NCBI GenBank assembly: GCA_951406725.2
Contig: OX597825.1
Coordinates: forward strand, 24,118,001 to 24,182,000
From: Octopus vulgaris
Lineage: Eukaryota
Direction: 5' to 3'
Length of the DNA: 64,000 nucleotides
Part shown: in pieces, positions 37,383 to 50,137 of the stretch
Layout of the letters: every line of letters begins with the position of its first letter
How positions within the stretch are numbered: position 1 is the first letter of the stretch
Program-made: the position numbers and the translations under genes
Notes under the pieces: generated by a model
Told to the model about the DNA's origin: nothing
Databases searched by the model: none
Seen by the model: only the letters and a program-made list of their open reading frames with translations

Positions 37383-37732
37383 CAAGGGCCGGCGAGATGG
37401 CTGAATCGTTAGCAGGCCGGGCAAAACGCTTCGCGGCATTTCGTAAGCCCTTGCGATCAGAGTTCAAATCCCAGCGAGATCAACTTTGCCTTTCATCTTT
37501 CGGGATCGATAAAATAAGTACCAGTTGAGCACTGAGCGTTGAGTCAATCGACTTCCCTCGCCCACCCCCCATGAAAATTTCAGACTTTTTGCTTCTTGGT
37601 GAAAGTCTTATTATATGCGTGTTTGTATGTTATTTTATGGTTGTATCTGTGTGCATTGTTGTTCTGTCTGTATGTCGCGTTGTGTGTGTGTGTGTTTGAT
37701 ATTGTATGTACGTGTGCATATTTATGTGTGCT

Positions 37733-38076
37733 AGGCGCATGGCTCAGTGGTTAGAGCGTCGAGCTTACGATCGTGAGGTTGTGAGCTCGAATCCCGGACC
37801 GGGCTGCGTGTTGTGTTCTTGAGCAAGGCACTTTATTTTCACGTTGCTCCAGTTCACTCAACTGTAGAAATGAGTTGCGACGTCACAGGTGCCAAGCTGT
37901 ATCGACCTTTGTCTTTCCCTTGGAAAACACTGGTGGCGTGGAGATGGGAGGCCGGTATGCATGGGCGACTGCTGGTCTTCCATAAACAACCTTGCCCGGA
38001 CTTGTGTCTATGAGGGTAACTTTCTAGGTGCAATCCCATGGTCATTCATGACCGAAGGGGGTCTTTACCCTAACCC
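37733..38076 (+). mobile_element. tRNA-derived SINE family D, full length
   Basis: A box tggctcagtgg, B box gctcgaatccc, CORE-like ttgagcaaggcacttta; decayed relatives near 1837-1940, 3185-3460, 30240-30402 and 61760-61950. Confidence 0.85.
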
Positions 38077-39194
38077 ATGAAATGTATGTGGTGCCACTGT
38101 GTTGTTGGTTGTATGTTATGTAAGTTTGTTGCTGTAGAGCACTTGCGTGTGTATCTGTGTATGTCTTGTGTGCGCAGTGTTCATGCAGCTGTATGCGTTT
38201 ATATACATTATATGTGTATGATACTGTGTGTCAGTGTGTTATTGCATGGCAGTTGGTGTGTACCACCGTGTGTGTATATATTTGTCTGTTAGCTATGTAT
38301 GTTTGTCGCTGTATCATGGTTGTATGTGCTGTGCGTGTGTAGTTGTGGTTAGTTTATTGTTAGAGTGCGTTTATGTGTTTGTGTATGCCTGTGTCTTCGT
38401 CTTTTGCATGTGTGTGTATGTGTGTGTGTATGTGCTTTTATGTGTGTATGTGTGTGTTGTTCCTGCTGTGCGTATGTATCGTTGTTTGAAATATATATAT
38501 TGCTGTATTAAGGTTGCGTGTACAATGTATTGTGATATGTCAGTTGTGTGCTGTTAAGTTGTGATTTTTGTGTTTCGTTCAGTTGTGCTTGTGTGTGTGT
38601 GTGTGTGTGTATGTGTGTACATGTATGCGTGCGCGTTGTTTAGTGTTTGCGTATTTATGTAAGTGTATTTTTAAAAGTCCAACATTGAAAATAAATGTAG
38701 CTTTTATCGAACATTCTGTCTGCCATTAACGCCAAATTTGGCGCTTTGAATATCCTATTGGTGTATTTATAGAATTTTAAAACAAAGTGTAATTAACGAG
38801 AGAAAAATTATAGATAATCCTGTAAGAGCTTCGGTTAAATAGTCTCCCATAAGATTTAAGTGTGAAAGGTCATTTGGGGTGGGGATCCAATTTGTTAATC
38901 AAATTCTAGTGTCAACGCGAAATCATTGCTGGTGCTATTATTCTGTGCTATTAATACATTTACGTACTATTTCTAGCAGATTCAAAATTATTTTCTATTT
39001 AATTATAAAGATTCGAAACATTTGTATACAGTTACGTGTGTTCTATACGCATGATTGTATTCATGCATGTACACACATACAGATATACACATACACACAC
39101 GCGCACACACAAATATATCTGCATACATACATACACACAGATATAGTACATATGAACGTATATGTATATGTATATATATATATAAATACATACA

Positions 39195-39291
<97 letters not shown>

Positions 39292-39593
39292 GTTCGTATA
39301 TGTAAGTATTCGTATGTGATATATATTTGTATTTATGTGTTGTGCATATTCCACTGATGTGGAATTATCCAGTAATTTTTTGATAGTTTATTTTGTCTTT
39401 TTGCCTTCTCTCTTGATGCTGTATGAACTTTTAATGTGGTTTTAGAGTCAAGTTTTGGCTGCTATTTCAAGCGTGGTGGTATCGCTTAGATACTCTAAAC
39501 TATAATTTTAATAATAATTATTATCTTTGAAGGTTTTTATTCCCATGCTGGCCACTTGATAAGTTCGATATTTAAATAACGATCTTATCCTTA

Positions 39594-39629
<36 letters not shown>

Positions 39630-39785
39630 TACGTGTGTTTGTAAATATATACCCTTACACATGCACATACACATATGCGTGTGTATAAATACATACACAT
39701 ATATGTATAAATTTATATATATATTTACATATATATATATTCACACACACATACACACGCACACACACACATGTTTACATATATA

Positions 39786-41139
39786 CAGGGTGTTTCAAAA
39801 AATTTGATATCATTTGAGACGTAAATATCACAGAAACTACATAGTCAAAGCAAATGAAACTAAACAGGCTTAATGTTTAGCAACATAAGATCTATTCCTC
39901 CAAATCTGAATGAGAAATTCAAAGGAATGTGGATTCCATGAACAATTTCACAAATGTTCAATATGCGCACCGCCTGAGACACGGCACACGTCAAGTCGGT
40001 AGTCCAGCTCCTCCCAAACAGGTTGCAGCATGTCTTGGGTAACAGTCTCCAGTGCGGTAGTGATTCTCTGCTCGAGTTCCTCTAGGTTTGCAGGAAGAGG
40101 GTGACATAGACCAGGCCCTTCACATAGCCCCAGTGAAAAAAAAATCTCAAGGTGTCAGGTCAAGTGAACATGGCAGCCATTTCAACAGCACATTGTCCTC
40201 ATCATCAGCACGCCCGATCCATCTTCCTCGCAGATTATCAATGAGATAAGCCCGCACAATGAGCTTCCGGTGAGGTTTAGCCCCTTCCTGTTGAAAAATG
40301 AAGTCTTCGTGTTCATTTGCAATGAACTCATTCATTAGCCAGTTCTTAAGCATTTGCAGATAACCATCGCCGGTCACATTTCTCTCAAAGAAAAACGGGC
40401 CATGAAGATGCTTCTTGGAGATGACGCAGAGCACATTCACTTTTGGTGGGTCCTTCTGATGCTCAATTGTAACATGGGGATTTTCTTCACCCCAAATACG
40501 AACATTATACTTATTGACTTTGCCATTCGTATGAAATGTGGCCTCATCACTGAAAACAAGAGTTCCTTGAATTCGGCTTCTTCAAGTTGCTCTTGCACAT
40601 CATCACAGAATTGTTTGCGCTTTCGCTTGTCATCTGCCGTTATAGCCTGAACCAGTTGCAGCTTGTAGGGCTTCATTAGTAAGCGTTTCCTCAGGATGTT
40701 CCAAACTGTCGTTGGATGAATCTGGGTTTCCAAATTTGTTCTTCTTATGGACTTCTGGGGGCTTCGCAAGAGTTTTTGGCGAACCCACCTGACCGTTTCT
40801 TCCGATGTTAGTATTCGTCCAAATCCTTTTACCCTGCACAGATAGACTTCCTCTTTGAATTTTTTGTCATGACCAAATCTGCATTGCTGTTGATGACGTT
40901 TTAGAAAACTCTGTCAAAAGATTCACGCTGCACAGTCTTGTTCGACTGTGTTCGATCATACTCCAATACACAAAGCCTCTTTTCTCTTGCAGTGAATGCC
41001 ATTTTTATATCTGGAAAGGTAAACATATCAAACATTTTGACCTGTTTCTACACATGATGTTAAAATTTGAAGTCGTTTGAACAAGAACAGGCAAAGTTAT
41101 TAGATTACAAAATGATATCAATTTTTTTGAAACACCGTT
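39786..41139 (-). mobile_element. Tc1/mariner element of the rosa/DD41D-like group, full length but decayed
   Basis: TIRs TA|cagggtgtttcaaaaaatttgatatcattt / aaatgatatcaatttttttgaaacaccgtt|TA; fragments SPQKSIRR, KPYKLQLVQ, GPFFF, FQQEGAKPH, RWIGR, WLPCSLDLTP*D. Confidence 0.9.
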
Positions 41140-41223
41140 TATATATATACAGGGTGTTTCAAACAAATATATATGCATATACATACATACACACATACAC
41201 ACACACACATACACACACACACG

Positions 41224-41296
<73 letters not shown>

Positions 41297-41298
41297 AC

Positions 41299-41343
<45 letters not shown>

Positions 41344-41689
41344 TAGCCAATGTGCTATTCAGTGGTTGAACACAATGGAAAGTTCACCGTGAGATCGATT
41401 GTAGATGACCGGATCAAACTTTCAATTATTATACATTATTATTCTTTACTGTCACCTGGTTTAAATAGTTTTGTGACATTGTTTTTGTACTCATGCCAGA
41501 GTACAAGAGGTTTTTTAAATTCCTTATGCAAGGGAGAATAACAGCAAACCGTTGTCTTATTTCATCATATTACAATAGTGGAGAGCCAATATATTTCAGT
41601 CGATTAAAATTACAATCGTAATGAGAAGGAAACAAAGTGCAAGAGGGACGAACCTATAATATTAATATCAATTAAAATTAATATATATA

Positions 41690-41847
41690 GGCGTAGGAGT
41701 GGCTGCGTGGTAAGTAGCTTGCTTAAGAACTACATGGTTCAGGGTTCAGTCCCACTGCGTGGCACCTTGAGCAAGTGTCTTCTACTATAGCCTTGTGAGT
41801 GGATTTAGTAGACGGAAACTGAAAGAAGCCTGTCGTATATATGTATG

Positions 41848-41907
<60 letters not shown>

Positions 41908-42136
41908 CGTGTGTATGTTTGTGTGTCTGTGTTTGTCTCCCAAGCATCGCTTGACAACCGATGCTGGTGTGTTTACGGCCCGTAACATAGCGGTTCGGCA
42001 AAAAGAGACCGATAGAATAAGTACTGGGCTTCCAAAGAATAAGTCCTGGGGTCGATTTGCTCGACTAAAGGCTGTGCTCCAGCATGGCCGCAGTCAAAAG
42101 ACTGAAACAAGTAAAAGAGTTAAAAGGGTAAAGAGT
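41690..42136 (+). mobile_element. SINE family A, near full length
   Basis: Head ggcgtaggagtggctgcgtggtaag; tail gaaacaagtaaaagag. Confidence 0.9.
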
Positions 42137-42920
42137 ATAGTAATATTAACATTAGTAATAAAATTGATTAGAAATAGCACGCCGGCAATGCATTGGATCG
42201 TAGGTTTCATCTCGGCAGTAAAATGACACGATAACGACTCCGAACATGTTTCGGCATTATTAAACCTCACCAGTGATGCACAGTATTTACTAATAATGCT
42301 TGAGAAAGATATAGATTCTTTATGAATAAACATTGCGTAGTCTGATAAATTGTATTAAGGACTTGTGAAAAACATACCCTAATTCCTTTTGTCGTATTAG
42401 TGTACAATTATTTTATTGTTTTCAACAACAAACTAACACCGTTTTCCCAACGGTATTTGAACTTAGATATTTAACACGAACAAAAGTTGTCGCGATGAAA
42501 GAAGATTCCAGTATTGCTGTCTGCTCAGCTGGATTGCTTGTTATCTATTTTACATGTTTCCAAAACTTTAGCTTATCTTAATTTGAGAGGTTTCTGCAGG
42601 TAGGTAGGTCATAAAGACACAACAAAAGCTACATATGAAATTAGCTTCATAAAATATCAGAGATATTTATACAGAACAGTAGATAACCCCGCACTCGTAC
42701 CAACGTACATTATTAAATGCTACATTATCTACTACGATGCATTAAGTTTGTAAATATGCTGTTCTCTTAGTTTATTTTTACAATACACGAAACGAATATT
42801 CGCGGGGGAAGAGGCATTGTTGCTTAAATAATAAGCATATTATTGTTATTGATTTTTTATCAAATAACCTTTATATTCTATTAACTGAAATAACAATAAA
42901 ATATTTAAAACAAATATCTG

Positions 42921-42994
<74 letters not shown>
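42921..42994. repeat. (AAT)n microsatellite
   Basis: Direct inspection. Confidence 0.95.
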
Positions 42995-42997
<3 letters not shown>

Positions 42998-43139
42998 GCA
43001 TTTGACGCAGAAAGAATTGAGAGTGACGTATTAGCAAGAGGAACGGCGCACTAGACCAAATTCCTGACAGAACTTTAACCTGTCTTTCTGATTTCAAAAT
43101 CCTGCTGGCAGAATCTGAAGAAATATTGGGTCCGAATTC

Positions 43140-43720
43140 TGGCACAAGCTAGCAGTTTCAGGAGTAGGGTGGGAACTAAGTCGATTACATCGACCCTAGT
43201 GCTCAACTGGTAGTTATCTTATCGACCCCGAAACGGATGAAAGGCGAAGTGGACGTCGGCAGAGTTTGAACTCAGAACGTAAAGTTGGACAAGATGCTGC
43301 TAAGCCTTTTGCCTGCCATGCTAACGGTTCGGCCAGCTTGCCGCCTTGATTTCGACAAGATGCAAAGGAACCTAAATAAGGCGGTGAACTGGCAGAATTG
43401 TTAACACGCCGGATTAAATGCCAAGCAGCATTTCGTCCGAGCTTAAATTCTGTCGAAGTCGACTTTGGTCTTTTATCCCTTCGGAGTCGATAAAATAAGT
43501 ACATGTTGAACCCTAGGGGTCGATCTAATCGACGCACCTCATCATTTAAAATTGCTGGCTTTGCGCCAGTATTTGAAACAAATATTTAGTGGTTGTATTC
43601 CATCGAGTTTGTCTTTCATTCTTTCGGGATCGATAAGTACCAGTTAAGCACTGGGGTCGTTTTAATCCACTACCTCCTCCATCCACAATTGCTAGCCTTG
43701 TGTAAACAATTGAAACGAGC
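43140..43720. mobile_element. Cluster of old family B SINEs in both orientations
   Basis: Minus copy about 43140-43346, plus copies about 43380-43585 and 43595-43715. Confidence 0.75.
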
Positions 43721-43753
43721 TTTCTTTGCCACACAACCATGCTTACTAAGTAT

Positions 43754-44082
43754 TTTATTTATTTATTTATTTATTTATGCGCCCTTTTTCAAGCCTAGCC
43801 AGGCTCATGCGCCCAGTTTCCCGATTTCTGTGGCGTATGTGTTCCCCCCAGCTGGACGGCACGCCAGTCCATCGCAGCGTTACCCAAGAAACACAAAGAA
43901 AGATTTAGGTGAGAGAAAGTTGTGGCGAAAGAGTACAACAGGGGTCGCCACCACCCCTTGCCGGACCATCGTGGAACTTTAGGTGTTTTCGCCCAATAAA
44001 CACACAACGCCCGGTCCGGGAATCGAAACTGCGATCCTCCGACGCGAGTCCGCTGCCTTAACCACTGGGCCATTGCGCCTCC
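43754..44082 (-). mobile_element. SINE family C, full length
   Basis: Homologous to 12405-12709; (TAAA)n tail; TSD gcttactaagtat / gcttgctaagtat at 43741-43753 and 44083-44095. Confidence 0.9.
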
Positions 44083-44491
44083 GCTTGCTAAGTATAGTAA
44101 CTAAATTTCCTCCAACGGGCATCTTTAACATTGCAGTCTTAGATATACGTTTGCTTACAGTTCTACACAATCTCATAAGACTTTGGACTAAACAAATAAC
44201 TTCTGATGAAGTACAAGAGTAAAAGGGTGACAAAAAAAAATCGTTTTTTGCGAATGTTATGCAGTCGCCATAATGAAGTATTATCCATCATTTTTATGTT
44301 GAATCGTTTAACTGCTGTTGGTAATAATAAAACGGAAAGATAAATCAAATATGTAAATGGTTTTCGATTATACTTTACATTTCTGCTTCGTTTTTGCATA
44401 ACATTTATGTGTTTCCGTGTGTGTGCATGTGTGTGTATATACATAGATACATACATATAAACAATTGTATATGATATACACATATAACTTA

Positions 44492-44613
<122 letters not shown>

Positions 44614-45025
44614 AAACTAATATATATGGGCAGACATATGTGTGTGTGTGTGCGTTTGGGTACACAGACACATTCGACGGCGCGCACACACATATACACA
44701 TATGTATACATAGATACTGAATACATATGTGTATTTGTGTTTGGGTGTGTGCGTGTGTATGTGTATATGTGCATGTATGAAAATTTAGGTGTCTGTGAGT
44801 GTGTGTTGTTTCATACCTTTGTATCTACTCGAATCGATATTATTTTTATATATTTATTTTGTCTAAAATAACAAATTTATTTTCAAACTACTTCCAAAAA
44901 TAATTGAAGTTTCTTTTTGAAATATAATTTTACTCTCTCATCTTTCTGTAATGCACACAAATCACAGTAATACCAATCAGAATAAGAACAAACAAACGAG
45001 TTTCTGATTAAGATACGTCGTCAGG

Positions 45026-45590
45026 TGGCAGTGAGTTGGCAGAAACGTTAGTACGCCGGGCGAGATGCTTAGCGGTATTTCGTCTGCCGCTACATTCTGA
45101 GTTCAAATTCCGCCGAGGTCGACTTTACCTTTCATCCTTTCGGGGTCGATAAAATAAGTACCAGTTAGGCACTGGGGTCGATGTAATCACCTTAATCTGT
45201 TTGTCTGTCCTTGTTTGTCCCCTCTATGTTTAGCCCCTTGTGGGTAATAAAGAAACAGGTATTTCGTATGCCGTTACGTTCTGAGTTCAAATTCCGCCGA
45301 AGTCGATTTTCGGGGTCGGTAAACTAAGTACCAGTTATGCACTGGGGTCGATGTAATCGACTTAATCCGTTTGTCTGTCCGTGTTTGTCCTCTATGTGTT
45401 TAGCCCCTTGTGGATAGTAAAGAAATAGGTATTTCGTCTGCCGCTACGTTCTGAGTTCAAATTCCGCCGAGGTTGACTTTGCCTTTCATCCTTTCGGGGT
45501 TGATAAATAAGTACCAGTCGACTTAATCTGTTTGTCTGTCCTTGTTTGTCCCCTCTGTACGTAGCCTCCTGTGGGCAGTAAAGAAATAAG
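45026..45590 (+). mobile_element. SINE family B, trimer
   Basis: One head plus three bodies; junctions aaagaaa(c/t)a|ggtatttcg at about 45258 and 45428. Confidence 0.88.
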
Positions 45591-45619
45591 TAATAAGAAT
45601 AAGGGACAGGGGACCCCTG

Positions 45620-45935
45620 TCGATTTAATCTTTGTAACCCTAGTACTGATTCTATCGCTCTGTTTTGCCGAACCGCTAAGTTACGGGGACGTAAACACAT
45701 CAACATCAGTTGTCAAGCAGTAGCGGGAGATACAAACTCAGACACACAAACGTATATATATATATATATATACGACGAGCGTCTTTCAGTTTCCATCTAC
45801 TAAATCCACTCACAAGGCTTTGGTCAGCCCGAGACTAAAGGTGAAGACACTTGCTCAAGGTGCCACGCAGTAGAACTGAACTCGGAATCATGTGGTTCTG
45901 TAGCAAGCTTCTCACCCTACAGCCACGCCTGCGCC
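45620..45935 (-). mobile_element. SINE family A
   Basis: Ends in agccacgcctgcgcc; another 3' half follows at 46072-46295. Confidence 0.8.
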
Positions 45936-46012
45936 TATATAGAAAAATGAATGGAAATCGAACCGGCGTGTGTGTTAAATAAGGCACTAAAAACGAATGA
46001 CTCTCCCCTGAG

Positions 46013-46072
<60 letters not shown>

Positions 46073-46331
46073 TTTTTACTCTTTTACTCTTTTACTTGTT
46101 TCAGTCATTTGATTGTGGCCATGCTGGAGCATCGCCTTCAGTCGAGCAAATCGACCCCAGGACTTATTCTTTCTAAGCCTAGTACTTATTTTATCGTTCT
46201 GATTTGCCGAACCGCCAGGTTACGGAGACGTAAACACACCAGCATCGGTTGTCAAACGATGTTGGGAAGACAAAAACAGACACACAAACATATATACACA
46301 TACAAATACATACATATACATATATATATAC

Positions 46332-46382
<51 letters not shown>

Positions 46383-46399
46383 CATACATATATATATAT

Positions 46400-47025
46400 A
46401 CACTTTCTCTATAGTCTGTGTCTTTCTCTTTCCTTACCTCTGATTCTTCCCCTACTCTCTCACATTTCTCTGTCTTTCTTACTTTGCACCATTGTTGTCC
46501 CTTTCTTTCTCTCTCTCTTTGATTCCTTGCCCCCTACCTTTTTTTCTCTCTCTTCTTCCCTCCTGTCACGTGACTGCTGTTCAACTGGTCTTTTCGCCTT
46601 TGACCGCTGCCATGTTAACACTGTTGTCTCTGTCTGCCGCAAAGGTATTTTTTCAAAATACGCCAGCCAAGATAAGTCAAATTGTCTGAAGTCGTAAGAC
46701 TCCCGTTGTCCTGTTATTACTATTCTTGTTTTTTATTTTTATTTTGATTTTTTGTTTCTTGTATTTATATTCGTGTGGCATCGTCCGGTTTTCTGTCTTT
46801 GTTTCGTATACATTCAATCCTTTTTCCAAGAAATCTAATGCTCGCAGCTTAGTTTTTCCTTGGGGCTGGCCGGATCGGAGCGATATCAGGATTAATCAGC
46901 CGAAATTGCTAAGATGATCCGGTTCCTGACTGAATATTAGAGGCTTCGAATGTCCTGTCTGTTTTTTTGTGTCGTCTCTTGGTGTAGTTTGCGTTCTTGT
47001 CCCCTTTTGTACATTTTATATATAA
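46400..47025. mobile_element. Unclassified insertion bounded by TA-rich microsatellites
   Basis: Pyrimidine-rich 5' part; structured segment about 46845-46925 (ccggatc/gatccgg, ggctg/cagcc, cttag/ctaag); replaces the expected SINE 5' half. Confidence 0.4.
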
Positions 47026-47030
47026 GTTTT

Positions 47031-47068
<38 letters not shown>

Positions 47069-47509
47069 AATGCATATTGGCTTACAATACTTATATACAT
47101 TCTTGTTACGTAACTATGAGCACAAATTTGCATATATGCAATGCAATTGTGCGTTGTGTTACATAATATATGCAAATACGCCTTCGCACATTGGCGTATC
47201 TATGTATGTGTGCATGCATAAATGTGTATGTGTATGTATTTGTGTGCGTATGTCTGTGTTTGTGTGTGATTGTGTTCGAGCGTGTGAGTGTGAGTACGCG
47301 CATGCGCGTGCGTGCTTGTGTGTGTGTCTGTGAATAACTTTAAAATGATAATCAATGCGAGTCGAAAACTTTGTTTATGGTTATTCAATGAAGTGTTTCA
47401 AACGTTTTCGTTAAAGAAAAAGGTCGATTTACTAATTCTTATACCGCGCTGACACAATGAACGTTGATGAAGGAAGCTTTATTTTAGCGAAGATAAATTC
47501 TGACAGAGC

Positions 47510-47533
47510 AATGACGACGACGACGACGACAGC

Positions 47534-47621
<88 letters not shown>

Positions 47622-47692
47622 ATGATTATGATGATGATGATGATGATGATGATGATAGTGGTGATGATGACGACGATGACGACGATGATGAC

Positions 47693-47731
<39 letters not shown>

Positions 47732-47803
47732 AATGATGATGATGATAATGATGATGATGATGATGATAATGATAATGATGACGACGATGACGACGATGAT
47801 GAC

Positions 47804-47836
<33 letters not shown>

Positions 47837-47887
47837 AATGATGATGATGATAATGATGATGATGACGACGATGACGACGATGATGAC

Positions 47888-47920
<33 letters not shown>

Positions 47921-47962
47921 AATGATGATGATGATAATGATAATGATGACGACGATGATGAC

Positions 47963-48010
<48 letters not shown>

Positions 48011-48150
48011 AATGATAATGATGACGACGATGACGACGATGATGACGATGATGATGATGATGATGATGATGATGACGACGATGATGACGATGATGATGAT
48101 AATGATGATGATGATAATGATGATGAGGAAGATGGTGATGGTGATGATGA
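47510..48150. repeat. Compound (ATG)n array with ACG/ATA variants and higher-order periodicity
   Basis: Block acg-acg-atg-acg-acg-atg-atg-acg recurs four times; ORF 47457-48191 is poly-Met. Confidence 0.96.
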
Positions 48151-48278
48151 TAGAGCGAGCAGCCGAGCAGACTGGTAGAGTGGAGGGTTGAGTAAACTAA
48201 GTTTTCTATTAATAAGCAGTAAGTCTTCTATAAGATATAACAGCTATCTTGAATTATAACCTTCAATACGTCTAGAAT

Positions 48279-48358
<80 letters not shown>

Positions 48359-48564
48359 TGTGTGTGTGTATGTATGTATGTATGTATGTATGTATGTATG
48401 TATGTATGTATGTATTGTATGAATGTATGTATGCATGTATGTGTGTGTTGTTATGTGATTTGTTGAAGTGTGCCTTGTCGAAGAGAGAATGTTTGTGTGG
48501 TATGTTATATAAGCTGGTGACGGAAAGAGAGTATACTGGTATGAGATGGAATGTAGCCAATCAG

Positions 48565-48635
48565 TGAGTTTTCCGTTCAATAGAAAGATTCCTTACAAAT
48601 AATCTGATTGACTTGATTGAAGGTCATCAGACTCA
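48565..48635 (-). ncRNA. Hammerhead-like remnant lacking stem III and the cleavage triplet
   Basis: tgagt-CTGATGA-ccttcaat...attgaacg-GAAA-actca. Confidence 0.4.
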
Positions 48636-48875
48636 GAATTATGCAATAAACAACAACGAACTACGCATGCGCTTGGATTCTAAGACGTTCTGAGAATTCC
48701 ATAGAAAATTCTGTACTTGCTGAAGTAAAGATGTTAATGTGAGTTTTGTGTTCCTGTTCTGTACCTTTGCTACCGCTACCATAATGGCCTCTGCATCTCA
48801 GAGTTGGCTGAGCCTATATCATCTCCCCTCAAGTATTCTCGACACATTATTCCCTACTCTTACCATTCCTCCCTC

Positions 48876-49307
48876 GGATCTTTTCGGTTTGAACGGCAGT
48901 TTTTTCTAGCGGTGTCATATGAAATTGTCACTCATAATTATGACCCTAGTATCGATCTATTGCATTTCAATCTGTTTTAGGATTAGAGTTAGTTAGGGTT
49001 AGGGTTAGAGGTGGGGGAAAGGTATCTTTTTTTCTTCATAAATGTAAATAAACCCAATGTGTTTCTTAAACGAGGGACATATTCATAGGGCACAGAATGC
49101 TTTTTAACTCAATAGACGTCACTGATTGGTTGAAATTGCAGAAATTGAAGAAAAAACCCCACAAATATCTTACAAACCATAGAATTTTCACAATAAAACC
49201 AAGAGAAAAAGATGTTTTATAAACCCATTCTACCAGTATACGAAGTTTGAAATTTTTCAGTTACCTAGAAATTATGTTAAAAAATGCTGTTCAAACCGAA
49301 AAGATCC
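48876..49307. mobile_element. MITE with ~23-30-bp TIRs and internal TTAGGG-like repeats
   Basis: ggatcttttcggtttgaacggca ... tgctgttcaaaccgaaaagatcc; ttagggttagggttag near 48993-49008; no clear TSD. Confidence 0.85.
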
Positions 49308-49761
49308 CTTCTCTCTCTCCTTAATCCTTTCTCCTACTCTCATTCCTCTCTCTCTCACCACCTCCTCCTCTCATTTCCCCACCACCACCTCTCGTTATAG
49401 TGTTCAACCCTTCACCTCAGTCCCTGTAATTCTCATTATCCCCAGTCTTTCTTCTTCAGAACGTCGGTGCTTTAGACTTCCCTCCTCTTCATATCTTCCC
49501 CGTTGGTATTGACTTGCCATAGTACAAAATAGATAAATTTTAACGACATCTATCTCACCTATCTCGAAGGATCTGTGAAGATCATAGTTCTCCCCATTCT
49601 TTCAGAGCCAGCAACGTTAAAAAGTGTGTAAGACGTCGAAAAGATCATGTGGGATCACAAATTTGTTAGTGTCCCTTTTGTATGGGCATCTTTTATGCTA
49701 ATTGTGTATATATATATACACATATATATATATATATATACATACATATATATATATATAT

Positions 49762-49908
<147 letters not shown>

Positions 49909-50137
49909 AGGCGAGCTGGCAGAAGTGTTAGCACGTCGGGAAAAATGCTTAGCGGTATTCCATCTGCTGCTACGTTCTGAGATCAAATTCCGCCGAGGTC
50001 GACTTTGCCTTTTATACTTTCGGGGTCGATTAAATAAGTACCAGTCACGCACTGGGTCGTTATAATCGACTTAATCCGTTTGTCTGTCCTTGTTTGTCCC
50101 CCTCTGTGTGTAGCCCCTTGTGGGCAGTAAAGAAATA
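49909..50137 (+). mobile_element. SINE family B, monomer
   Basis: Head ggcgagctggcagaa to tail gcagtaaagaaata. Confidence 0.88.

Noticed and set aside
44990-45030. Minus-strand CTGACGA...GAAA
   Set aside because: No closing stem II pair and no stem I; overlaps a SINE head.
45026-45590. Regularly spaced repeats as a CRISPR-like array (also 51285-52050)
   Set aside because: Whole units repeat with no unique spacers; eukaryotic SINE multimers; no cas genes.
47457-48191. 244-aa Met-rich ORF
   Set aside because: Translation of (ATG)n; lacks the motifs of real Met-rich cephalopod proteins such as reflectins.
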